DNA from: an uncultured Methylomirabilota bacterium
GTDB lineage: Bacteria; Methylomirabilota; Methylomirabilia; Methylomirabilales; 2-02-FULL-66-22
Direction: 5' to 3'
Length of the DNA stretch: 64,000 nt
NCBI GenBank assembly: GCA_963845565.1
Contig: CAWJSJ010000002.1
Coordinates: forward strand, 1,568,001-1,632,000
Shown piece by piece: positions 40,396-51,400 of the stretch; position 1 is the first letter of the stretch; every line of letters starts with the position of its first letter. The notes beneath the pieces were generated by a model that made no database searches, was not told where the DNA came from, and saw only the letters and a list, made by a program, of their open reading frames with translations. A program made the position numbers and the translations under genes.

Positions 40396-41634
40396 TCACA
40401 CGACGCTGGTGATCAGCAGGAGAACGCTCAGCGCCGTCATGACGGCCGCGGTGCCCCAGGCGACGAGATTGAACGGCACCGTATTCACGTGGCGTCCCAT
40501 CAGGCCGGGGTCGTTGATCAGCTTCAGCATGACCATCAGGACCAACGGGAGAAGGACGCCGTTGAGGGTTTGCGACCAGAACATGATCGCGACGAGCGGT
40601 GCGCGAGGGAGGAGGATCGGGATCGCCCCCACCAGGATCATCAGGGTGAAGATGGTGAAGAAGCCGGGCGCCTCCTTGGGGCGGCGGTCCACGCCGGTCT
40701 CCCAGCCGAGCGCCTCGCAGACGGCGTAGGCGGTGGACAGAGGAAGGATGGCGGCGGAAAAGATCGAGGCGTTGAGCAGGCCAAAGGCGAACAGGATCGT
40801 GGCGTACCGGCCGGCGAACGGCTCCAGGGCGAGCGCGGCGTCCTTGGCGCTCTCGACCCGGATCCCGTTCGGATACAGGGTGGCGCCGCAGGCGACGATG
40901 ATGAAGAAGGCGATCAGGCCGGCCGCGACGCTGCCGATGTAGGCGTCCAGCCTGGCCCAGCGGAGGTCGCGCAACCGGATGCCCTTGTCCACGATGGCGG
41001 ACTGCAGGTAGAACTGCATCCAGGGGGCGATGGTGGTTCCGACGATGGTGATCAGCGTGGTGAGGTAGCCGCCTTGGAGCGAGAAGGTCGGCCGGACGGT
41101 CTGACGCAGGATCGTCGCCCACGGCGGATCGGCCAGGAAGGCGGAGAGGAAGTACACCGCGTAGACCGCGCTGGCCACCAGGAAGATCCGCTCGATGGCC
41201 TTGTAGGTGCCTTGCGCGACCAGGCAAAAGACCAAGACCGCGGCGAACGGGACCGACCAGAGACGGCTGATGCCGAAGATCTCAAGGCTGGCGGCGACGC
41301 CCGCGAACTCGGAGGCGGTGTTGGCCACGTTCGCCAGCACCAGGATCGCCATGGCGATCAAGGTGAACCGAACCCCAAATCGCTCGCGGATGAGATCGGC
41401 CAGTCCCCGGCCGGTTACCACGCCCATCCGGGTGCCCATCTCCTGGACCACGGCCAGGGCCAGGATGATGAGCGGCAGCGACCAGAGGTGCGTGTAGCCG
41501 AACTGCGCCCCGGCCACCGAGTAGGTGGTGATCCCGCCGGCGTCCTGGTCCACGCTGGCGGTGATGATCCCCGGCCCCATCACCGCGAGGAAGAGGAGGA
41601 TCCGGCGTCGGATGCGAGTCATTCGGACCGGCAT
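40396..41634 (-). CDS. NRAMP-related divalent cation (probably Mg2+) transporter
   Basis: GPGIIT...D.DAGGITTYS, QEM..R.G.VTG.GL..LIRE.FG, GTTIAPW. Confidence 0.88.
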   Translation of the reverse strand: MPVRMTRIRRRILLFLAVMGPGIITASVDQDAGGITTYSVAGAQFGYTHLWSLPLIILALAVVQEMGTRMGVVTGRGLADLIRERFGVRFTLIAMAILVLANVANTASEFAGVAASLEIFGISRLWSVPFAAVLVFCLVAQGTYKAIERIFLVASAVYAVYFLSAFLADPPWATILRQTVRPTFSLQGGYLTTLITIVGTTIAPWMQFYLQSAIVDKGIRLRDLRWARLDAYIGSVAAGLIAFFIIVACGATLYPNGIRVESAKDAALALEPFAGRYATILFAFGLLNASIFSAAILPLSTAYAVCEALGWETGVDRRPKEAPGFFTIFTLMILVGAIPILLPRAPLVAIMFWSQTLNGVLLPLVLMVMLKLINDPGLMGRHVNTVPFNLVAWGTAAVMTALSVLLLITSVV

Positions 41635-41739
41635 GGCGTACCGCGCACTCCCGACGCCCGGCAACCGAACGCCAACGAGGCCGCGCCCTGAACGCTCGGG
41701 GCGGCCGCGGCCGCGAATCGACGAGCGACCCCGCGACCG

Positions 41740-43011
41740 CTAGATGAATTTTCGTACTGCCCGCTTCTTCCATATCATCGGCAGGATGAGGTTCAGGACA
41801 TCGTCCACGGTGATGATCCCGAGCAACTCACCCTCGCCGCCCACCACCGGCAGGGCCAACAGGTTGTACTTGGTCTGAAGCTCCGCGACCTCGCGCAGTG
41901 CGGTGTCCGGTCGGACGCTGACCACCTCGGCGTGCATGAGCTGCTCCAGGCGCTGGCCCGGATCGGCCAAGATCAGCTCGCGAAGGCTGAACACGCCCAG
42001 CAAGCGTTCCTGATGGTCCGTCACGTACAGGTAGTAGATGGTCTCGGCGTCCTTGGCCTCCTCGCGGATCCGCTTGATCGCCTCACCCGCCGTGAGCGCC
42101 GGGCGGAAGGCCACGTGTTCTGTGGTCATCAGGCCGCCGGCGGTGTCCTCCTCGTGTTCGAGGAGCTCCTCGACCTCCTGGGCCTCGGCCGGTTCCATGG
42201 TCTCGAGCAGCTCCTCGGCCTTGGCCTCTGGCAGGTCGCTCAGGATGTCCGCCGCCTCGTCCGGCTCCATCTCCTCCAGGATGTCCGCCGCCTTTTCCGG
42301 CTCCATCATCTGGACCATGGAGGCCTGGACCTCGGGCTGGGCCTCGGTGATGGTCTCGGCCGCGGTGGCTTCGTCCAGCGTCGCCAGCACGGCGGCTCGC
42401 TCGCCGGGCGTCAGCTCTTCCATGATGTCGGCGATGTCGGCGGGGTGAAGCTTGGCCAGCTTGGTGTACACCGCGTGCCGCTTGGCCCGGCTGAGCTCGG
42501 TCTCGATCGGGTCCACCACCTCCCAGGGGACCACGTCGTGGGGGAGGGGCTTCCCGAACAGGCCGGCCAACCGTTCGGCGAATCCCTCGGAGCGGAGGTG
42601 CCGCAGGATGCCCCGCAGACCCCCTTCGATCCCCGTGACCTGGAGGCCGCCCTCGAATTCGGCGAGCTCGATGTCGTTGACCCGGACCACCTTCTTTCGC
42701 GCCGTGTCCACGACCTTCTTGTCCAGGACGGTCTTTCCCAGGGGAACCTCCTCGGCCCGGAGTGCCACGGGGCTGAGGCCTGCGAGGGGATTCCGCAACC
42801 GGACGGGCCGGTCGGTGGTCTCGGGCACCTCGGCGACGCTGGCCCAGGGGAGAATCCACTCGTCGCGATCCGGCCGGCGGAGGCTGAATTTGGTCACCTG
42901 CGGCCGGGTCCCGAGCGGGAGGACAAAGAGATCCTCGAGGCGCCCGATCTCGGTCCCCTCGGAATCGTGGACGGGGCGGTGCCGGAGCTGGGTGAAGGAC
43001 AGGGAAGGCAT
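41740..43011 (-). CDS. Soluble MgtE N-terminal + CBS-pair protein with PRC-barrel-like N-terminus
   Basis: LHPADIAD, MEPDEAADIL, EDTAGGLMTTE, YNLLALPVV...GIITVDD; no TM domain. Confidence 0.88.
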   Translation of the reverse strand: MPSLSFTQLRHRPVHDSEGTEIGRLEDLFVLPLGTRPQVTKFSLRRPDRDEWILPWASVAEVPETTDRPVRLRNPLAGLSPVALRAEEVPLGKTVLDKKVVDTARKKVVRVNDIELAEFEGGLQVTGIEGGLRGILRHLRSEGFAERLAGLFGKPLPHDVVPWEVVDPIETELSRAKRHAVYTKLAKLHPADIADIMEELTPGERAAVLATLDEATAAETITEAQPEVQASMVQMMEPEKAADILEEMEPDEAADILSDLPEAKAEELLETMEPAEAQEVEELLEHEEDTAGGLMTTEHVAFRPALTAGEAIKRIREEAKDAETIYYLYVTDHQERLLGVFSLRELILADPGQRLEQLMHAEVVSVRPDTALREVAELQTKYNLLALPVVGGEGELLGIITVDDVLNLILPMIWKKRAVRKFI

Positions 43012-43022
43012 GGCGGTCCGAT

Positions 43023-43661
43023 CTATGCGTCCGGTGGTTGAGAGGCGTGACGGTCGGTGGACTGAATCTCGTCCCAGGAGACTCGCAGGCGAATCCAGCC
43101 GCGGGCCGGCTCGACCCGGTCCACACACTCCCACCGGATCACGTGGTGGTGGAGCCGCGTGTGCAGCGGCCGCAGCAGAGCCAAGAGGCCCCAGTGAAAA
43201 CCGAGGCGGGTCAGGAATCCGCGGATGCCGGTGTCCATCCCCCAGAGGCACAGCGTCCCGTCGGAGAACGCCATGGTGATGTCGTTCACCCGCTGGAGTT
43301 TGGACCCGCGGCAATCCACGATCTGCTGGTCCAGGATGTGTTTGTGGAGCAGGACCTCGGTACCGCCCAGGGTGGCCGGGCCAAGATCCTGGCTGGTCTG
43401 CCGCAGGCGGATGGAACGGGGCTCCAGCGAGGCGACCAGCGCCCAGGGGACGACAAGTGGCTTCCCGGTACCATTGGCCGGAACCTGTCGTCCGAATCGG
43501 TGGGGCCGGACGACCAAATGCCGAACGCAGGCGTGTTCTGGGGTGGGGTTGACCGGGTCGGTGGACAGATCCAGCAGGGCGCCGATCGGAAAGCCGTCGC
43601 AATCCACCACTGGCTTGTGGAGAAGATCTCGATAGAAACTGACGTCGCGGCGGCTGGCCAT
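43023..43661 (-). CDS. PRC-barrel-like protein homologous to the N-terminal half of the downstream MgtE-N protein
   Basis: EVLLHKHILDQQIVD..G.K..RVNDI aligns with EVPLGKTVLDKKVVD...K..RVNDI. Confidence 0.72.
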   Translation of the reverse strand: MASRRDVSFYRDLLHKPVVDCDGFPIGALLDLSTDPVNPTPEHACVRHLVVRPHRFGRQVPANGTGKPLVVPWALVASLEPRSIRLRQTSQDLGPATLGGTEVLLHKHILDQQIVDCRGSKLQRVNDITMAFSDGTLCLWGMDTGIRGFLTRLGFHWGLLALLRPLHTRLHHHVIRWECVDRVEPARGWIRLRVSWDEIQSTDRHASQPPDA

Positions 43662-43747
43662 GCCGTTGACAACCCTTCCGATGCATCGGCCCCGGGAAAC
43701 GTGCCCAGGGCAGGCGATTTTACATGCCGGGATCACCCATGCGATTA

Positions 43748-43847
43748 GGAGCCGTTACGAAATACCTTGTCCATTTTTTGGAATTTCGTTACGGCTCCTT
43801 ATGCCGTTTCGAAATTTCTCCGGTCAAATTATTCTTTGGCAACGGCT
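43748..43847 (+). mobile_element. Family B ~100-bp element
   Basis: GGAGCCGTTACGAAAT...ATTTCGTTACGGCTCC...GGCAACGGCT. Confidence 0.8.
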
Positions 43848-44451
43848 CAGGAAGGCGAGATGCCCTCCGATTGGTCCCTTGTACCGCCCCACTTCAGACC
43901 TGTCAACCCCCATTCTGGCCGTTTCCGGCCCGATGCGAGAATTCTCTCGGGCCCCGTGGCCTGAAAGCTGGCGCACTGAGATCCAACAAGGCGTCACCAC
44001 TGTTCACGAGAATCCGAGCGTACGACTGAAGCACAGAAGGTGTCGGAAACTTTCATCGCAAGGTCGGGACCGTCCGTCGAGTTTACACCTCCTGTTTTTA
44101 CGACGCGCCTAACGCGCAACGAATCATCAAGATTGCGTTCCACGTCAGTAGATGGGCGCGAAGGCGTCTCGGGTCGTCAGAGACGGCGTCGGGTTTTCTT
44201 ACATTTCTGGAATCATACGGAAACCAGGCCTCGTGCGCTGCGCATCGAGAAAATCCAGATAACACGTATAGTTGCATCACGCCAGAAGCGTCCCTGAACG
44301 CTATCGCATGAAATATGCATAACGAATGGTTGATTTCTCGTCAACGGACGACAGATGGTGGAGCGTTCGTAACTATAGGTCTTTGAGGTTATCAAGAAGA
44401 TTGGGGAACCGAAAAAAGGCATGGACGGATAGCCGCGAAGAGGAGAACGCC

Positions 44452-45093
44452 ATGAGACGGGCCCTGACGGCGGCCATGTTCGTGTCGTTGATGCTGGCTA
44501 TTGCGGCGCCTTGGGCGGAAGCGCTCTTCTCATGCGAACCGTATATTGCAATCAACTTTGTGCCCTCGTCGCAGACTGTTAACGTCGGCGACCCCCTCAG
44601 CGTTGCACTGCAGATATCCGGATTATCATCTCGACTATGGGGGACCGGCGCCCCATCACTCGGCGGGTTTGACCTCGACGTCACGTTCGACCCAAGCATC
44701 TTGAAGTTGAGCAATGTTGTATTCGGCGACCCCAAACGTGGAGATCAACTCGATCTCTTCGGGTTGGGGAGTATCAAGCTTACCGATCTCGGCGTTGGCA
44801 CCGTGAACCTCTTCGAGCTCTCCGTGAACTCGGCGTCAGTTCTGAATTGGCTTCAGGCCCCAAAGTTCACATTGGCCACGCTCTACTTCGATCCCATCTC
44901 GGTTGGATACAGCCCGCTTGAGTTCTCCGATTTTCTATTCGCCGACGCCCAAGGCTCGAAACTCGTCCCCGACCATGTGGGCCACGGGTCTGTCAATGTC
45001 GCCCCCGTCCCCGAGCCCGCCACGCTCCTGTTGCTCTCATCCGGACTCGCGGGATTAGGCCTCGCGGCCTGGAAGCGTCGTCGCCAGGGCTGA
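44452..45093 (+). CDS. PEP-CTERM protein with cohesin-like beta-sandwich domain
   Basis: Signal peptide; PSSQTVNVGD..SV.L.I, GFDLDVTFDPSILK, TLATLYF.....G.SPL.F; C-terminus VPEPATLLLL-TM-KRRR. Confidence 0.85.
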   Translation: MRRALTAAMFVSLMLAIAAPWAEALFSCEPYIAINFVPSSQTVNVGDPLSVALQISGLSSRLWGTGAPSLGGFDLDVTFDPSILKLSNVVFGDPKRGDQLDLFGLGSIKLTDLGVGTVNLFELSVNSASVLNWLQAPKFTLATLYFDPISVGYSPLEFSDFLFADAQGSKLVPDHVGHGSVNVAPVPEPATLLLLSSGLAGLGLAAWKRRRQG

Positions 45094-45487
45094 GGCCCTG
45101 GTTTTTCGTACCCCAAGGGAATGATCGAAACTGCCGGTTCCGCCGCCCAGCGTTCGTGCTGCTGCACGGCAGGCGGGAATGGGGTGCGTGTGTGTCTTCG
45201 CGGTGTTCGTGCCGCGTGGCGCAAGCCCTTGAAGACAGCTGGCGGCTGGTAGGGCGAGTTTTTTCTTCTTCACGCAGTTCCTCGGAAGGTCCTTCCCCTC
45301 ACCATTACTCCCATTCCACGGACCGTTTTCCGATCGGCGCACACCCCTTTGGGCTAGGGCAATCTCATACACGTCGCCACGTGGGTGCCTTGTTCTCCAG
45401 GCTCGTCAGGAATAGGTGTGGCATGAACGGATGAAGCCTGTCGACCATTTCATCATTGGCCGAACAGCGTTGTAAGGGGAGACGGCA

Positions 45488-48400
45488 ATGGATACCACCG
45501 GGAAATTCAGCTTGCGCGTCATTCTCTTGGTCATGCTACTGGGGCTGTTCGGTCAAGCTGCCCACGCGGCGGTCGTCTGCGACGTCAATAACGACGGCGT
45601 CATCAACCTCACCGACATCAATCTTATCATCGCGGCTCGCAATAAGCCCGCAACGGGTCCGAACGATCCGCGCGATGCCGATCACGATGGGACAATCACG
45701 GTGCTGGACGCCCGTATCTGCGTGACCAGGTGCACCCTCCCCGGGTGCGCCGTCAGTGGGAATAGCCCGCCAACAGCAAATGCGGGCCCGGACCAGACGG
45801 TCGCATTGGGAGCGACCGTTACCCTGAACGGCTCCGGTTCGAGCGACCCGGATGGCAACTCGCTGGTCTATTCGTGGTCCTTCGTTTCCACGCCTGCCGG
45901 GAGCTCCACCTCGCTCCAGAACCCCACTTCAATCAACCCCCGCTTTGTCGTTGACGTTGCCGGCCCGTATGTTGTGCGACTCATCGTCAATGATGGAACT
46001 GTCGACAGCGCGCCCGATGATGTCCAGATCTCGACGATCAACTCGCGGCCGATCGCGAACGCCGGACCACATCAGACCGTGTTCGTCGAGACGACCGTGA
46101 CCTTGGACGGCTCGGGTTCGAGTGATCCCGACGGCGACCCACTCACGTTCACATGGTCGCTGGACAGCCTGCCGCTGGAGAGTACGACGACACTTCAGAA
46201 TATCCACAGCGTCAACCCGACGTTCGTTGCCGATACGCCGGGCACGTATATCGCCCAACTGATCGTCAACGACGGCAAGGTCGATAGTGCCCCGGCAACG
46301 GTCACCATTGATACGCAGAACTCTGCCCCGGTCGCCAATGCCGGGCCGAACCAGACGGTCGCGGTGGGCGCGACCGTGCAATTGAACGGCGCGAACTCCA
46401 CGGACGTCGACGGCGACCCGCTCACCTACAAGTGGTCGCTCACCACCAAGCCGACCGGAAGCACGGCGGCGCTGTCGGCGACCAGCATCGTCAACCCGAC
46501 GTTCGTTGCCGATACGCCGGGCACGTATATCGCCCAACTGATCGTCAACGACGGCAAGGTCGATAGTGCCCCGGCAACGGTCACCACCACGACACTCAAC
46601 ACCCCGCCGGTCGCCAATGCCGGGCCGAACCAGACGGTCGCGGTGGGCGCGACCGTGCAATTGAACGGCGCGAACTCCACGGACGTCGACGGCGACCCGC
46701 TCACCTACAAGTGGTCGCTCACCACCAAGCCGACCGGAAGCACGGCGGCGCTGTCGGCGACCAGCATCGTCAACCCGACGTTCGTTGCCGATACGCCGGG
46801 CACGTATATCGCCCAACTGATCGTCAACGACGGCAAGGTCGATAGTGCCCCGGCAACGGTCACCACCACGACACTCAACACCCCGCCGGTCGCCAATGCC
46901 GGGCCGAACCAGACGGTCTTCACGGGTAACATAGTCCAACTCAACGCCAGCGCCTCCGCCGATGCGGATGGCAATCCGCTGACCTACCAGTGGTCCTTCG
47001 CCAGCGCGCCAACAGGCAGCACGGCTATCCTGTCCAATCCGACCACGATCAGCCCGACCTTCACGGCCGACGTCTTCGGTACATACGTTGTCCAGTTGAT
47101 TGTGAACGACGGGTTCGTCAATAGCGCCCCCGTGACGGTCACGATCTCCACCCAGAACTCCGCCCCCGTCGCGAACGCAGGACCAAACCAGACGGTCGCA
47201 GCCGGCGGCACCGTCCAACTTGACGGCAGTGCCTCCTCGGACGTGGATGGCAACGCACTCCGCTTCAGATGGTCTCTACTCAGCACGCCGGCTGGAAGTT
47301 CGGCCACGCTGTCTGCGACCAATCTCGTCAACCCAACCTTTGTCACCGATCTAACTGGAACCTACGTCGCGCAACTGATCGTCAACGACGGGTTTGTCGA
47401 AAGCATCCCGGCGACCGTGACGGTTACGGTGACGGCGGGCACGCCGCCCCTGGCCGCCACGCTAGTGAGTCCGAACGGGACCGTGAGTACGGCCACCCCG
47501 ACCTACACCTGGAACGCCGTATCCGGCGCCACCTGGTATGAACTCTGGGTGACCGACAGCGCCCAGGCGGGGAAGGTCAAGCAGTGGGTGACCGCCGCCC
47601 AGGCGGGGTGCGCGGCCGGCACAGGGGCCTGCAGTTATACGCCCAGCACGGCCCTCGCGACCGGCGCGGCGACGTGGTGGATCCAGACGTGGAACAGTCT
47701 GGGCTACGGGCCGTGGAGTACCGGGATGGCCTTCACGGTGACGGCGGGCACGCCGCCCCTGGCCGCCACGCTAGTGAGTCCGAACGGGGCCGTGAGTACG
47801 GCCACCCCGACCTACACCTGGAACGCCGTATCCGGCGCCACCTGGTATGAACTCTGGGTGACCGACAGCGCCCAGGCGGGGAAGGTCAAGCAGTGGGTGA
47901 CCGCCGCCCAGGCGGGGTGCGCGGCCGGCACAGGGGCCTGCAGTTATACGCCCAGCACGGCCCTCGCGACCGGCGCGGCGACGTGGTGGATCCAGACGTG
48001 GAACAGTCTGGGCTACGGGCCGTGGAGTACCGGGATGGCCTTCACGGTGACGGCGGGCGCCCCCGTTATCACCCTCGTGAATCCCAACACCGGTCCGCAG
48101 GGCGCGACCAACCTCAACGTGGCCGTCACCGGCCAGAACACCAACTGGGTCCAGAATACCACCACGGCGAGCGTCGGCGCCGGGATCACGGTGAACAGCG
48201 TCACGGTGGCTAGCGTCACCAGCCTGACGGCCAACCTCACCATCGCGGCCGACGCGGCGACGGGTGCCCGCAGTCTCACCGTCACCACCAACGCCGAAAT
48301 CGTCACCCTGGCCAACGCCTTCACGGTGACGGCGGGGCCATCCGACCTCACAATCACCAAGACCCACACCGGCACCTTTTCCCAAGGCCAGGACGGAGCG

Positions 48401-51400
48401 ACATACAGCATCACGGTGAGCAACATCGGCCCCGGCCCCACGGCTGGAACCGTGACGGTGACCGAGACCGTGCCGACCGGTTTGACCGCGACGGGCATCG
48501 CGGGCACCGGCTGGACCTGTGCGCAGCCGGCGGGCCCCTGCACCCGAAGCGACCTCCTGGCCAGTGGCGGCAACTATCCCCCGATCAATCTGACGGTGAA
48601 TGTGGCCAATAGTGCGCCGGCCAGCGTGACCAACACGGCGACGGTGGCGGGAGGCGGGGAACTCAACACTGCCAACAACGCGGCGAGTGATGTGACGACG
48701 ATCGGAAGCGGGCCCGATCTCACGATCGCAAAGACCCACACTGGGAACTTCACGCAGGGCCAGACTGGGGCAACTTACGCCATCACCGTGAGAAACGTCG
48801 GCGCAGGTCCGACCGCCGGAACCGTGACGGTGACCGACACACTCCCGACCGGCCTCACGGCGACCGCCTTCGGCGCCGGCCCCACCGACGGCTGGAACTG
48901 CACCCTGACGCCGCTGTCCTGTGAGCGGAGCGGCGCCCTGGCCGCGGGGCAGAGCTATCCCGCGATCACCCTCACCGTCACCGTCGCCAGCAACGCCCCG
49001 GCCAACGAGACCAACACGGCAACCGTGGCGGGCGGCGGAGACGTGAACCCGAATAACAATACGGCCACGGACCCAACGACGATTCTTCCGGCGGCCAACC
49101 TGGCGCCCACCCTCGACCTGATCGCCGACCGGTCGATCCTCGAGGATGCCGGTCCGCAGACCGTCAACCTCACCGGCATCAGCGCGGGTCCGAACGAGAC
49201 CCAGGTTCTGACGGTGAGTGCCACTTCGAACAACCTGGCGCTGATCCCAAATCCCACGGTGACCTACACGAGTCCGAATGCCACGGGCAGCCTCGCCTTC
49301 ACCCCGGTGGCGAACGCCAGTGGGGCGGCTACGATCACGGTAACTGTCCAGGATAACGGCGGGACCGCCAACGGCGGCGTGGACACGTTCGTCCGCACCT
49401 TCACCGTGACCGTCACCGCGGTCAACGACGCCCCGACCCTCGACGCGATCGGCAACCTGAGCATCGCCGAGAACGCCGGCCCACAGACGGTCAACCTCAC
49501 CGGCATCAGGGCGGGCCCGAGGGAGACCCAGTCCTGACGGTGACCGCGACCTCGAACAACCTGGCGCTGATCCCCGATCCCACGGTGACCTACACCAGCC
49601 CGAACGCCACCGGCAGCCTCGCCTTCACCCCGGGGGCGGGGCAGAGCGGCAGGGCCACCATCACGGTGACGGTGCGACGACGGCGGCACGGCCAACGGGG
49701 GCGTGAACACCGTCACCCGCACCTTCACGGTGAGCGCGGTGCGGTCAACGATCCGCCGATCCTCGACCTGATCGCCGACCGGACGGTCATCGAGGACGCC
49801 GGCCCGCAGACGGTCACCCTCACCGGCATCAGCGCGGGCCCGAACGAGACCCAGGTTCTGACGGTGACGGCGACTTCGAACAACCTGGCGCTGATCCCGG
49901 ATCCCACGGTGACCTACACCAGTCCGAACGCCACGGGCAGCCTCGCCTTCACCCCGGTGGCGAACGCCAGTGGGGCGGCTACGATTACGGTGACTGTCCA
50001 GGATGACGGTGGCACGGCCAACGGCGGGGTGGACACGTCGTGCGGACGTTCACGGTGACGGTGACTGCGGTCAACGATCCGCCGACGCTGGATCTCGTCG
50101 GGCCCCTGACCGTCAACGAGGACGCCGGCCCGCAGACGGTGACCCTCACGGGCATCAGCGCCGGGTCCGCAACGAGAGCCAGACGCTGACCGTGACGGCG
50201 ACGTCCGAGCAACCCGGCGCTGATCCCGAACCCGACGGTGACCTACACCAGCCCGAACGCGACCGGCACCCTGACCTTCACCCCGGTGGCGAACGCCATT
50301 CGGGGCGGCGACGATCACGGTGACGGTCACCGATGACGGCGGAACGGCCAACGGCGGCGTGAACACGGTCGTCCGCACCTTCACGGTGACGGTGACGGCG
50401 GTCAACGACGCCGCCGACGCTGGATGCGATCGGCAACCTGAGCATCGCCGAGAATGCCGGCCCGCAGACGGTCAACCTCACCGGCATCAGCGCGGGCCCG
50501 AACGAGACCCAGGTCGCTGACCGTGACCGCGACCTCGAACAACCTGGCGCTGATCCCCAACCCCACCGTGACCTACACCAGCCCGAACGCGACCGGCAGC
50601 CTCACCTTCACCCCGGTGGCGGGCCAGAGCGGTAGTGCCACCGTGACGGTGACCGTGCAGGATAATGGCGGCACGGCCAACGGGGGCGTGAACACTGTCA
50701 CCCGGACGTTCACGGTGACGGTGACGGCGCTGCCCGTCGTCACGATCACCGCCACGGACGCCAACGCCGCGGAGACCAATTTGGATCCGGGGGTGTTCAC
50801 GGTGAGTCGAACTGGCTCGACGACGAGCGCTCTTACCGTAAGCTACACGATCGGGGGCATGGCGACTAACAGCACCGACTATCAGAACCTGACAGGGACC
50901 GTTACCATCGCTGCCGGACAGGCTTCCAATACCATCACGATCACGCCAATCGACGACAGCGTCTTCGAAGGTCCGGAAACCGCCATTCTCACCCTTGCCG
51001 CGAACGCGGCGTACACTATTGGCGCACCGAGTGCTGCGACCGTGACGATCGCAGACAACGATACGCTGGGGACCATCACGTTGCCGACCCTGCCAACCGA
51101 CGTCGGGGCGGGGCTCCAGCGCGGTGCCTTCACGGGGGACCTGGGCGCGCCGGCCCCAACTGGAGGGGTGACCGTCCGAATCCAGAGCAGTAACGCCGCC
51201 GTGGTCCTGGTTTCACCCAACGCCACCACCGCGGGCACGGCCTTCATCGACATCGCGAGGACCGCAGGGCAACAGAGCTTCACCTACTACGTCCAGGGAG
51301 TGGAGGGGCAGGCGGGGAACGCCGCGACGCTCACCGCGTCGGCCACGAACTTCACGAGTGGCACCGGTGGCGTGAACGTGCGCCAGCCAGGGGTGGATAT

